A stretch of DNA of 32,000 nt from an uncultured Bacillota bacterium (GCA_938003945.1 CALKWW010000024.1:68796-100795); one strand, 5' to 3'; shown: positions 8,012 through 17,373, counted from the first letter of the stretch. Notes: generated by a model not told the origin, from the letters alone. Made by a program: numbers and translations.

Positions 8012-8496
8012 CCCATTCTATAGTCATCCATTATAAACCCATTTCCAATATCCTGAATGATAGAACCCATATTTACAAATCCCAATTTTTCATATATATT
8101 GATGGTTTCGTCATTACCTTTATTGACTGTGAGCCATATTCCATCTAAATCCAATTTTCGTGATATAGCTTCAACATGTGCTATGCAGGTTTTACCAACT
8201 CCACGGTTCCTAAAACCTCTATCAACATAGAGCTTGCTGAGAAAGATTGAACTATGGGTTTCATCGATGGTTATAGCAAAATATCCGGCTGGTTCATCAT
8301 CATATGTGGCTAAAAAATAATGATATCCTTCTTGTATTTGTTTGTCTATGGCCTTGGCATTTTGAAACCTAGATAACATATAATCAACCTGTTCTTTCCC
8401 TATAAGTGGAGTATAGTACTCATTCCATATTTTATATGCCATATTGGCCACTTGTCTTATCTGAGGCTCACTTTCAACTTTAATAATATCGATCAT
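7999..8496 (-). CDS. GNAT-family N-acetyltransferase
   Basis: 165 aa. The acetyl-CoA binding motif RNRGVGKTCIAHVE (R/Q-x-x-G-x-G/A) is present. RBS GGGAGAG lies 8 nt upstream. Confidence 0.85.
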   Translation of the reverse strand: MIDIIKVESEPQIRQVANMAYKIWNEYYTPLIGKEQVDYMLSRFQNAKAIDKQIQEGYHYFLATYDDEPAGYFAITIDETHSSIFLSKLYVDRGFRNRGVGKTCIAHVEAISRKLDLDGIWLTVNKGNDETINIYEKLGFVNMGSIIQDIGNGFIMDDYRMGKKL

Positions 8497-8792
8497 ATAT
8501 AATCTCTCCCGTATAAAATATTGTATATATTATACCAGAAATTGTCCATGGTTGAGATACGAATTATCTAAAATTAAAGATATAATTGATATATTTACTG
8601 ACCTTACTTACATCCCTCATAGTAACTATTATTTTCATTATTAGAAATTGTAAATCCCAGCTTTATAGTCATAAATGTTTAATTTCTCTAGAAAATTATG
8701 AGTACCAGTTGCATGGGACATTGTATTGACTGGCGATAACAAGTATAATTGTAATAAGAGGCCAATATACCTTTTACTATGGAGGGATATGT

Positions 8793-9824
8793 ATGGATTT
8801 TTTAGTAGATAACTATCTAGAGAGTTTATATGCCAACACCTATAGACAGTTGACATTTAAAGCAGATAACAGGTCAGAATGGGAGATATGGCATTGTGAA
8901 CTCAAGGAGCAATTTATAGAGAGTTTAGGTAAGCTACCCGAACCTAATATTGAACTTGAACCAAGGTTATTAGAAGAAGTTGACTGTGGCGACTACATAA
9001 GGCAGAGGGTAGTATACAATACAGATAAAGGGTTATCCATGCCAGCATATGTGTTGATACCAAAGGATGAAACAAGCGAGAGGTATCCAGCTGTTGTAGC
9101 ATGTCATGGTCATGGATACGGTAGTCGGGAAACTATTGGCTTAGGGAAGGATGGTAGACCGGATACTGATAATCCTACCTATCAGAAGAATTTTGGCATT
9201 GAGCTTGTAGGGCGTGGTTTTTTAGTAATTGTGCCTGAACTGTTGGGATTTGGGGATAGAAGGCTCAGGGAGGATATGGACAAGCCCTTAGATGATAGCT
9301 CATGTTATAGAATTTCCACATATCTTATGATGTTGGGTAGGACAATGGCCGGTATGAGGGTGTGGGAGACCATGCGAACTATAGATTATCTATATACTCG
9401 AGATGATGTGGACTGTAGGCGTATAGGTTGTATGGGTATATCTGGAGGTGGACTGGTGAGTGCCTTTACAAGCGCCATTGATGAGCGGATTAGTTGTAGT
9501 GTGGTAAGTGGATTTACCAATACATTCAAGGACAGTATAATGGCGGTGTACCATTGCATAGATAATTTTATTCCTGGTATTATAAATATAGGTGAGATGT
9601 ACGATATAATAGGACTTATAGCCCCACGGCCTTTACTGATAGAGGCAGGTAGCGAAGATCCTATATTCCCAATAGATGCAGTATATAAGTCACATTCTCA
9701 CATAGGGGATATATATAAACTATTAGATGTAAAGGATAGGCTCAAACTACATGTATTTGAGGGAGAGCATGAGATAAGTGGCGAAGAAGCGTATCCATGG
9801 TTAGAGAAATGGTTAATCAAATGA
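8793..9824 (+). CDS. alpha/beta-hydrolase fold esterase (acetyl-esterase / dienelactone-hydrolase-like)
   Basis: 343 aa. Nucleophile elbow GISGGG, upstream CHGHGYGS, and C-terminal acid/His candidates (EAGSEDPIFP, EGEHE). RBS GGAGGG. nagA follows 30 nt downstream. Confidence 0.75.
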   Translation: MDFLVDNYLESLYANTYRQLTFKADNRSEWEIWHCELKEQFIESLGKLPEPNIELEPRLLEEVDCGDYIRQRVVYNTDKGLSMPAYVLIPKDETSERYPAVVACHGHGYGSRETIGLGKDGRPDTDNPTYQKNFGIELVGRGFLVIVPELLGFGDRRLREDMDKPLDDSSCYRISTYLMMLGRTMAGMRVWETMRTIDYLYTRDDVDCRRIGCMGISGGGLVSAFTSAIDERISCSVVSGFTNTFKDSIMAVYHCIDNFIPGIINIGEMYDIIGLIAPRPLLIEAGSEDPIFPIDAVYKSHSHIGDIYKLLDVKDRLKLHVFEGEHEISGEEAYPWLEKWLIK

Positions 9825-9854
9825 AGAAATTCTATAAAATAGAGGAGATGGAAT

Positions 9855-10991
9855 ATGAAACTTATAACAAATGGTATTGTATTCAAAGATGGCAAATGGC
9901 TAGATGATGTAGAAGTACTTATAGATGGCAATACTATAAAGGATATAGTAGAGGATGGAAGAGATATAGATGCTATGCTCATAGACGCTGGTGGTGGATA
10001 TGTATGTCCAGGATTTATAAATATTCACATACATGGTGCAATTGGATATGATGTGATGGATGGTACAGAGGAGGCTATAAGGGGGATTAGTAAATTTTCA
10101 GCCCAGCATGGTACCACTTCTTTTCTGCCAACTACTGTCACTGGCAGTGTAGAGTCGACTAGGAAGACTTTAGAGAAGATCAAAAGAGTTATGGACAGTG
10201 AATATGAAGGTGCAGAAATACTAGGTGTACATTTAGAGGGTCCCTTTATAAACTATAGATATAAGGGTGCACAGATGGAGAGCTATATACAAGAGCCTTC
10301 AATTGAAAACTATTTAAATCTTGTAGGAGACTTTGAGGATATTGTAAGGCTTGTAACTTTGGCACCTGAAATAGAGGGAGCAAAGGGGTTGATAAAATAT
10401 CTAAAGGGGCAAGGTGTAACGGTAACTATGGGGCATACAGGTGCCGATTACGACACATGTATTGAGGCCTTTAAATGGGGGGTTAGTCATATAACTCATT
10501 GTTATAATGGTATGGTACCCCTTCATCATAGAAATCCAGGAGTAATAGGCGCAGCCTTCGATAGTGAGGATATAACCGTTGAGCTCATTACAGACCTTAT
10601 ACATATCCATCCTGCGATGTTGAGGCTCGCGATAAGAACTAAAGGCCCTGAAGGTACTGCTATTGTAACGGATTCCATGTCGGCCACCGGATTAGGAGAT
10701 GGTAAATATCTACTGGGAGAAGAGGATGTATGGGTGGAGGATGGCATAGCTAGGACTGCAGAGGGTAGTCTGGCAGGAAGCACCCTAACTCATGATAGAG
10801 CACTTAAAAATATGGTAGATATAGGTATTGCTCTAGAGGATGGAGTCGAAATGTTGTCTACTACACCTGCAAAGGTAATAGGTGTGGATGATCACAAGGG
10901 ACGCATAGGGATAGGATATGATGCTGATATAGTCATATTAGATAAGAACTTACAGGTAAGGGATGTATTTATACAGGGAAGGCCGTTATGA
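9855..10991 (+). CDS. nagA: N-acetylglucosamine-6-phosphate deacetylase
   Basis: 378 aa. Motifs seen: GFINIHIHG (HxH), HLEGPF, GHTGA, HCYNGM, and DSMSA before a C-terminal GYDADIV. Confidence 0.9.
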   Translation: MKLITNGIVFKDGKWLDDVEVLIDGNTIKDIVEDGRDIDAMLIDAGGGYVCPGFINIHIHGAIGYDVMDGTEEAIRGISKFSAQHGTTSFLPTTVTGSVESTRKTLEKIKRVMDSEYEGAEILGVHLEGPFINYRYKGAQMESYIQEPSIENYLNLVGDFEDIVRLVTLAPEIEGAKGLIKYLKGQGVTVTMGHTGADYDTCIEAFKWGVSHITHCYNGMVPLHHRNPGVIGAAFDSEDITVELITDLIHIHPAMLRLAIRTKGPEGTAIVTDSMSATGLGDGKYLLGEEDVWVEDGIARTAEGSLAGSTLTHDRALKNMVDIGIALEDGVEMLSTTPAKVIGVDDHKGRIGIGYDADIVILDKNLQVRDVFIQGRPL

Positions 10992-11107
10992 TATTATTTA
11001 GGATTTAAATCTCATGTAGAAAGTGAGGGATGTGCTTATATAGGGAAAGTTTTATAGAAGGGTAGTTAAAACGTAGGGTATGCGTATATGTGGAGGATTT
11101 TCATATA

Positions 11108-11135
11108 TTATCTAGAAATATATATTTATAGATAA
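11108..11135. promoter_or_regulatory. 28-nt near-perfect AT-rich palindrome upstream of the nitroreductase gene (candidate operator)
   Basis: TTATCTA-G-AAATATATATTT-A-TAGATAA, with one mismatched position pair. It ends 20 nt before the ATG at 11155. Confidence 0.35.
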
Positions 11136-11154
11136 TAAATCGGGAGGGACTGAT

Positions 11155-11667
11155 ATGCATAGGCAGGAATTACTTGATATATTCTATAGGCGAAGGAGTA
11201 TTAGGAAGTTTAAAAAAGGAGCTACCATAAGTGATGAGCAGATGGATACCATTTTGAGGGCGGCAATGGCTGCCCCATCCGCAAACAATAGGCAACCATG
11301 GTATTTTATTGTGGTGGATGATAGGGACAAGATGGTGGAGATCACAAAGCATCATCCCTATTCGAATATGCTTCATACCGCATCGGCATGTATAATTGTG
11401 GTAGCAGATACTTCCACAGATTATTGGGTACAGGATTGTGCTGCAGCGACTGAGAATATGCTCCTCGCAATAGCTAATCTAGGACTTGGAGGGGTATGGT
11501 TAGGTATTCATCCCAGAGAAAAGCGTGAGACAGCTTTGAGGGAGATATTTACTATTCCCGAGCATATGATACCACTATGTGTAGTTGCCATAGGTGTACC
11601 TGATGAAGCGAAAGGAAAAGCTGACAGGTTTGACCCAGATAGAATACGTAAAAATTCTTGGCAATAA
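11155..11667 (+). CDS. nitroreductase-family NAD(P)H-flavin oxidoreductase
   Basis: 170 aa. Motifs seen: RRSIRKF, APSANNRQPW, GLGGVWLG. RBS GGGAGGG. Confidence 0.85.
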   Translation: MHRQELLDIFYRRRSIRKFKKGATISDEQMDTILRAAMAAPSANNRQPWYFIVVDDRDKMVEITKHHPYSNMLHTASACIIVVADTSTDYWVQDCAAATENMLLAIANLGLGGVWLGIHPREKRETALREIFTIPEHMIPLCVVAIGVPDEAKGKADRFDPDRIRKNSWQ

Positions 11668-11924
11668 AATGGATAGCTTGAGAGGAGAGCTAGGGATAAA
11701 AAGTACCATTTCATAGTGGTGCAAAAGTATCCTGAGTGCTTTCCTTTCAGCTAAACACAACTTAAAGAGTGATTACCTCCATTTGAGGTGGAGCAGATGC
11801 GAGAATGTATCTGGTAATAATCATATTATAATGCCTATAGGAGCTTTTGAAACTTTGCTCTTTTAAATAGTGTAGTTGTACAAGACGCCGAACCTTGAGA
11901 GACTGGGAATGGAGGAGAGATAAA

Positions 11925-13085
11925 GTGAAAGCTAACGGGAAAAAAATTTTAATAATTGCATGTATCGTTCTAATATTTATATGCGCAGTAAGCTGTAGCA
12001 AGGACGAAGTATCAAAAGATCAAGAACTGAGTGATAGTGCTCCCGCAGGGGAACTCACAATTTCTCTTGCAATGTATAGTGATGATGACTTTATGCAGGA
12101 GATTCACAGTATAGATATCTCATCTGAGGAGTCTACTGTAATAGCCACAGATCATGGAGTGTATACAGCCCCTAAATTGTCTCATGATGGCACTAAGATT
12201 GCATATTCATCAGGTACAGATACGATGGATGGTAGCCAGTGTATAAAGATAATTGATAGCTCTGGGAAAGAGCTAAAAAGTCTTCCTGATCTCGGAGGAA
12301 ATGAGACTGTGATAGGCTGGTCAAGAGATGACAAAGAGATATTGGTCCAAAGTTTGGTACAAGATGATATCTATTTTACTATGTTCTACATAATGGATGT
12401 GGAAACTGGGGAGGCAAGACTAGTTGGGGATTTTAGAGAGGATGTCTTTAAGGCTATCCAATCTGCACAGTGGTCCCCTGATGAAAAACATGTAATATTC
12501 TCAGCCACCGATGAGATGGGCTCAAGCTCCATATATAGATTAAATGTGTCAGATGGAAGCCTATCCACCTTCACACAGGGCTATTATGATGATTTTCCAC
12601 GATGGTCACCAGATGGAGAGCATATAATGTTTTTGCGAATAAGGGAGGAGTGCTCGGCAGATTCTGAGGATTATAATCCATGTATTGATATATGGCTTGC
12701 CGATGCAGAAGGAGAGGAATTTAAATGTATAGCAAGAGATGAAAGTACTGACCATACAGATATTGCCTGGAGCCCTGATGGTAAAGATATAGTATTTATA
12801 AAATCTAGTAAGGAAGTCACGGACTATGACAACGAGCTTGTATTGTACAATCTAGAATCGGAGGAGGCAAAAGTCCTCATAGAAGGTGAGGGCTACAAAT
12901 ATATACCGGTTTTTTCGCCTGATGGAAAATACATAGCATTTGGCTCTTTTATTGGAGATCCATCTCAGGAAGTACCAGATGAGGGATTTGATAATCATGT
13001 ATATATAATGGACATTAAAGAGGGTAAAGCCCAAAAGATATGTACAATCACTGGCGATATATATACTCTTGAATGGAGTGAATGA
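11925..13085 (+). CDS. PD40/TolB-like beta-propeller lipoprotein
   Basis: I prefer the GTG at 11925, preceded by GGAGGAGAG, over the track's TTG at 11895. Signal and lipobox-like sequence KKILIIACIVLIFICAVSC. Repeated PD40 motifs: LSHDGTKIAY, WSPDEKHVIF, WSPDGEHIMF, WSPDGKDIVF, FSPDGKYIAF. Confidence 0.75.
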   Translation: MKANGKKILIIACIVLIFICAVSCSKDEVSKDQELSDSAPAGELTISLAMYSDDDFMQEIHSIDISSEESTVIATDHGVYTAPKLSHDGTKIAYSSGTDTMDGSQCIKIIDSSGKELKSLPDLGGNETVIGWSRDDKEILVQSLVQDDIYFTMFYIMDVETGEARLVGDFREDVFKAIQSAQWSPDEKHVIFSATDEMGSSSIYRLNVSDGSLSTFTQGYYDDFPRWSPDGEHIMFLRIREECSADSEDYNPCIDIWLADAEGEEFKCIARDESTDHTDIAWSPDGKDIVFIKSSKEVTDYDNELVLYNLESEEAKVLIEGEGYKYIPVFSPDGKYIAFGSFIGDPSQEVPDEGFDNHVYIMDIKEGKAQKICTITGDIYTLEWSE

Positions 13086-13132
13086 GCCTTTAGCTCGAAC
13101 TTCTTAACTGGGGTGTGAAAGGGTGGTAATTT

Positions 13133-14122
13133 ATGCGACAGAAGATATTGGAAATGCTTATGGACAATATGGGCAACTTTATATCAGGGGAGGATATGAG
13201 TGATAAGCTAGGTGTGACAAGGGCAGCTATATGGAAGCATATGGATACACTCAGAAATGATGGCTATAATATTGAGTCTGTTCCAAGAAAGGGTTATAGG
13301 CTTGTCAATATACCTGATACTATAGATGGTCATGTTATAAAGTGGGGACTATCAACCAGAGTATTGGGTTCGGAGATATTGAGCTTTAGTTCTTTAGAAT
13401 CCACCAATATGATGGCTAAGGAGAAGGCAACAGATTGGTGTAGGGAAGGTACTGTGATAATTGCCGATGAACAGACGGCTGGAAAGGGGCGCATGGGCAG
13501 GGGGTGGGTATCCCCTACAGGAAAGGGAATATGGATGTCGATCATATTAAAACCCTCTATAAATCCGGCTAAAGCGCCTCTTATAACTTCCATGGCTGCA
13601 GTGGCTGTGATCAGGGCGATACAAAGCATTTCAGGCCTTCATTCTACTATAAAGTGGCCTAATGATATATTGATAGATGGTAAGAAGGTGTGTGGCATAC
13701 TCACAGAGATGCAAGGCGACATGGATAGTATTCACTATGTAGTGGTTGGAATAGGGCTAAATGTGAATTTAGATGAGAAAGATCTTCAAAGGGAACTTAG
13801 GGATAAGGCTACTTCGTTGAAGATAGAGCTTGGAAACTCTGTGCATAGGGTGGAAATTGTACAAGCAATACTTACGGAATTGGAGAGCATATATTTATAT
13901 TACATGGAAACAGGGGATCCCAGTGATATAATAACTTCAATAAGGGATAATTCTGCCACCGTAGGAAATAGAATTCGTGTAATAGGTGTAAATACTAGTA
14001 TAGAGGGGACAGCAATTGATATAGGTGATGACGGTGCCCTTGTGGTAAAGTTAGATGACGGTCAGATAAAAAGGGTAATGTCTGGAGATGTATCAGTGAG
14101 GGGGATGAAAGGATATGTATGA
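13133..14122 (+). CDS. birA: bifunctional biotin-[acetyl-CoA-carboxylase] ligase / biotin operon repressor
   Basis: 329 aa. N-terminal wHTH (ISGEDMSDKLGVTRAAIWKHMDTLRNDGY), ligase motif GKGRMGRGW, KWPNDIL, and a C-terminal SH3-like tail. Confidence 0.92.
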   Translation: MRQKILEMLMDNMGNFISGEDMSDKLGVTRAAIWKHMDTLRNDGYNIESVPRKGYRLVNIPDTIDGHVIKWGLSTRVLGSEILSFSSLESTNMMAKEKATDWCREGTVIIADEQTAGKGRMGRGWVSPTGKGIWMSIILKPSINPAKAPLITSMAAVAVIRAIQSISGLHSTIKWPNDILIDGKKVCGILTEMQGDMDSIHYVVVGIGLNVNLDEKDLQRELRDKATSLKIELGNSVHRVEIVQAILTELESIYLYYMETGDPSDIITSIRDNSATVGNRIRVIGVNTSIEGTAIDIGDDGALVVKLDDGQIKRVMSGDVSVRGMKGYV

Positions 14123-15047
14123 TGGCTCCATAGTAGATGTAGATGGAATAGAGGTGGGACATGCATGGGATGATGTTGGTGGCACTGGTTGTACTGTCAT
14201 ACTCTGCAAAGATGGTGCAGTGGCCGGAGTGGATGTAAGGGGTTCTGCACCGGGTACTAGGGAGACAGATCTTTTGGATCCTATAAATTTGGTACAGGAA
14301 GTTCATGGGATATTACTATGTGGAGGCAGTGCCTTTGGACTTGCAGCAGCTGATGGTGTAATGGAATACTTAGAGGAACAGGGTATAGGTTTTGATACAG
14401 GTATTGCGAAGGTGCCCATTGTTCCAGCTGCTGTGTTATTTGATCTTGGATATGGAGATCCTAATGTGAGACCAGATAGATGTATGGGATATAGAGCCTG
14501 TGAGATGGCATCTAATGAGAAAGTTCTCCAAGGGAGTGTGGGTGCCGGCGCCGGCGCAACTATCGGGAAGCTAATGGGTATGGAAAATGCTACAAAAGGT
14601 GGTATAGGTACAGCTAGCTTATTATTACCTGATGGTGTAGTGGTAGGTGCTATAGTGGCAGTTAATGCCTTTGGCGATGTGGTTAATGCAGATACAGGGG
14701 AGATAATTGGTGGAGCCCTTCACCCGAAGACAGGTGAGTTTGTAGATACATCGAAGAGTATTATATCTACCAACGAGTCAGGGGTATTTGCGGGGCAGAA
14801 TACTACGATTGGAGTTATAGCTACTAATGCAAGGCTCACAAAAGGAGAGGCCAACAAGGTGGCATCTATGGCCCACGATGGCTATGCTCTAGCTATAAGG
14901 CCTGTCCACACTATGTTTGATGGCGATACTATATTTGCCCTATCTACTGGAGGTGTGGCTGGCGATATAAATGCCATAGGTACAGCTTCAGTATATGCTA
15001 TGGCTTATGCCATAAATAATGCAATATGGGCGGCCAATAAAAGCTAA
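14115..15047 (+). CDS. P1 (S58, DmpA/BapA-like) family self-processing aminopeptidase
   Basis: 310 aa. Motifs seen: GTGCTVIL, a GGSAFGL glycine-rich loop, and an autoprocessing/nucleophile region GQNTTIGVIATNA. Its ATG overlaps the birA stop by 8 nt (ATGTATGA), which implies translational coupling. Confidence 0.85.
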   Translation: MYDGSIVDVDGIEVGHAWDDVGGTGCTVILCKDGAVAGVDVRGSAPGTRETDLLDPINLVQEVHGILLCGGSAFGLAAADGVMEYLEEQGIGFDTGIAKVPIVPAAVLFDLGYGDPNVRPDRCMGYRACEMASNEKVLQGSVGAGAGATIGKLMGMENATKGGIGTASLLLPDGVVVGAIVAVNAFGDVVNADTGEIIGGALHPKTGEFVDTSKSIISTNESGVFAGQNTTIGVIATNARLTKGEANKVASMAHDGYALAIRPVHTMFDGDTIFALSTGGVAGDINAIGTASVYAMAYAINNAIWAANKS

Positions 15048-15146
15048 CGTGTATAATAGACTGTTCTTAGTCATGTTTGTTGAATATATTTATATGATAT
15101 TTCAATGGGTTCTACAGCTTTATACCATTATTTTTCTAAATTAATA

Positions 15147-15175
15147 TTGAAATATATCCATATCTTTGATAATAT
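15147..15175 (+). promoter_or_regulatory. putative sigma-A promoter for the panT-like/coaX unit
   Basis: TTGAAA (15147-15152), 17 nt, TAATAT (15170-15175). Confidence 0.45.
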
Positions 15176-15291
15176 GTAGCCATTATAGCCGATACTATTA
15201 ATAGATCGGACTATAGAAGGCTAAATCCTATTCAAAAATAAAAGCGTCAGGTATCCATTGTATATGGAACTTGAACGGAGGTGTTGTAGTT

Positions 15292-15885
15292 ATGAAAGTA
15301 TCAGTAAGACGCCTAGTTATAATTGGAATGCTAGGTGCCATATCTATTGTATTAGGGCTAACCCCATTAGGATTCATACCCATTCCATTTAGCCCTGTTC
15401 GTGCTACTATAATGCATATACCTGTAATAATAGGGACGATAATGGAAGGACCGTTTGTCGGCTTTTGTGTGGCTCTTGTATTTGGTGCTACCAGTATGTA
15501 TCAAGCGGCTACTAACCCTACTCCCGTATCATTTGTGTTTTTAGATCCACTTGTGGCGATAGTACCCAGACTTTTAATTGCTGTAATATGTCATTATGCC
15601 TATACGGGTGTAAAAAGGGCACTTTCACAAAAGGATGAAAAGATGGCCATTAGGGTGAGCAGTGGGATAGCAGCTGGCTTAGGTACATTCACAAATACTG
15701 CAGGTGTATTGGGTATGATATATCTAAGACATGGTGCTCCGTACGGAGAAGCTTTAGGTATAAGCCCAGAAGGGGTAGGTGCCTTTTTATTAGGCGTAGG
15801 GGCAACCAATGGCATTCCAGAGATAATTGTTGCCATACTTATAGTAGTACCAGTGATAGGCGCATTAAAAAAGATGTATAAATAA
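15292..15885 (+). CDS. panT: ECF-transporter substrate-specific (S) component, probably pantothenate-type
   Basis: I prefer the ATG at 15292, preceded by GGAGGTG. About 6 TM helices and a glycine-rich polytopic ECF S-component look (LGLTPLGFIPIPFSPVRATIMHIPVIIG). The substrate guess rests only on the position 21 nt upstream of coaX. Confidence 0.7.
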   Translation: MKVSVRRLVIIGMLGAISIVLGLTPLGFIPIPFSPVRATIMHIPVIIGTIMEGPFVGFCVALVFGATSMYQAATNPTPVSFVFLDPLVAIVPRLLIAVICHYAYTGVKRALSQKDEKMAIRVSSGIAAGLGTFTNTAGVLGMIYLRHGAPYGEALGISPEGVGAFLLGVGATNGIPEIIVAILIVVPVIGALKKMYK

Positions 15886-15906
15886 TATATAAAAGGAGCA
15901 AACCCA

Positions 15907-16683
15907 ATGATACTAGTGATGGATATTGGAAATACCGACATTGTATTAGGTGTATATGACGGAGAAACACTTATAGAAGATTGGCGTTTGGCTACTGATC
16001 ATCAAAGGTCAGGTGACGAGTTTGGAATGCTCATACTAAGCCTTCTCAGTTATAAGGACATTCCATATACTGAGATAGATTCTGTTGTAATATCGTCAGT
16101 AGTGCCGAATCTCATGTTTGCGTTAGAGACTCTATGCCATCGTTATTTTAAGTTAGAACCTATTGTAGTAGGTCCAGGGATAAAAACTGGTATCAACATA
16201 AAATATGACAATCCAAAGGAAGTAGGTGCAGATAGAATAGTAAATGCTATAGCAGGCTATGAGCATTATGGAGGGCCACTAATAATAATAGACTTTGGTA
16301 CAGCAACTACTTTCTGTGCCATATCTAGAGAAGGGGAGTATCTAGGAGGTTGTATAGCACCAGGTATAAGGATATCTACCAGTGCTTTGTTTGAAAGGGC
16401 TTCTAAACTTCCCCGAGTGGAGCTTATAAAACCACCTAATGTAATATGCAAGAACACAGTTAATAGTATACAAGCAGGTATAGTATATGGATATATAGGT
16501 CAGATAAACTTTATAGTAGACAAGATGAAGAACGAGTTTAAAAGTGACGATGTAAAGGTAATAGCTACAGGAGGTTTGGCGAATCTAATAGCTGGAGAGT
16601 CAGATAGGGTAGATGTGATAGATCCCCTTCTTACTTTGGAGGGCCTTAGAATTATTTATGAGAGAAATATGAAATATGAGTAG
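15907..16683 (+). CDS. coaX: type III pantothenate kinase
   Basis: 258 aa. Motifs seen: [47 protein letters not shown]. Confidence 0.93.
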   Translation: MILVMDIGNTDIVLGVYDGETLIEDWRLATDHQRSGDEFGMLILSLLSYKDIPYTEIDSVVISSVVPNLMFALETLCHRYFKLEPIVVGPGIKTGINIKYDNPKEVGADRIVNAIAGYEHYGGPLIIIDFGTATTFCAISREGEYLGGCIAPGIRISTSALFERASKLPRVELIKPPNVICKNTVNSIQAGIVYGYIGQINFIVDKMKNEFKSDDVKVIATGGLANLIAGESDRVDVIDPLLTLEGLRIIYERNMKYE

Positions 16684-16690
16684 AACTATT

Positions 16691-16727
16691 AAAAATAGCT
16701 TTGTAAATTTACAAAGCTATTTTTTTG
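16691..16727 (+). terminator. intrinsic terminator after coaX
   Basis: Perfect 26-nt palindrome ATAGCTTTGTAAATTTACAAAGCTAT (16695-16720), followed by a T-run and preceded by an A-run. Confidence 0.85.
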
Positions 16728-16786
16728 TGTTAATATGTTAAAGAAAGTTTATAATTGGATTATAATTTGGAAGGTGGCGGGTCTAT

Positions 16787-17317
16787 TTGGGTACCGGAAC
16801 AAAACTTTTAAGCTATATTACAGGGCGATTGATTACTATATTTTTGATTATAATAATACTACTTATGTCGACCTTTATTGCATATGACTGTGCAAATATA
16901 TATGTAATATTAGAAGAGGGGATGGGTATGCGAGCAGAGGCTGTCCTTACCGATAATGAGGTATCATCCCTTGAACAGTTTTTCACTCCACATTTTTTAA
17001 GTACAGATGGGCTTCTAAATGGAAATAAGTATGCAGAATATATAATAGCCGATTATGACTATGAGATAAAGATGAAAAAGGTGTGGGCATGGCCATGGAG
17101 CACAAAGGCAAATGCCACAATACAGGAGATTGTGTCTGATATATCGGGAGATATGAGGATAAAAGAAGATATAGAAAAAGATGAAGAAGAGGAAGAATCT
17201 AAACCTACTATACCTAAATGGGATAATGGTGAAAAACTTGTACATTTGAGGAAGGTAAATGGACGGTGGCTAATAGATGAAGTCATATTGGAGCGTCCGC
17301 TGGAAAAGTTTGATTGA
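16787..17317 (+). CDS. hypothetical membrane-anchored protein with an acidic linker
   Basis: TTG start with AAGGTGG 9 nt upstream. One N-terminal TM helix (LITIFLIIIILLMSTFIAY), a DEEEEE stretch, and a C-terminal GRWLIDEV segment. No family recognised. Confidence 0.6.
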   Translation: MGTGTKLLSYITGRLITIFLIIIILLMSTFIAYDCANIYVILEEGMGMRAEAVLTDNEVSSLEQFFTPHFLSTDGLLNGNKYAEYIIADYDYEIKMKKVWAWPWSTKANATIQEIVSDISGDMRIKEDIEKDEEEEESKPTIPKWDNGEKLVHLRKVNGRWLIDEVILERPLEKFD

Positions 17318-17329
17318 GTAGGGAATAAG

Positions 17330-17373
17330 AAAAGCTCATCTAGATAAAATATTTTATCTAGATGAGCTTTTTT
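17330..17373. terminator. bidirectional intrinsic terminator between the hypothetical gene and the ABC operon
   Basis: Perfect 42-nt palindrome AAAAGCTCATCTAGATAAAAT/ATTTTATCTAGATGAGCTTTT, with A/T runs on both sides. It abuts the ABC stop codon at 17374. Confidence 0.85.

Noticed and set aside
8601-8610. Solo copy of the ACCTTACTTA core of the 285..440 repeat, in the GNAT/esterase intergenic region
   Set aside because: Only 10 nt match, plus a possible CATC after a gap, so it could be chance in AT-rich DNA. I mention it under the repeat finding as a caveat, not as a feature.
15600-15941. 113-aa minus-strand ORF overlapping the panT-like gene and the coaX start
   Set aside because: It is antisense to a well-formed polytopic membrane protein ORF and has no SD. 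It is a shadow ORF.
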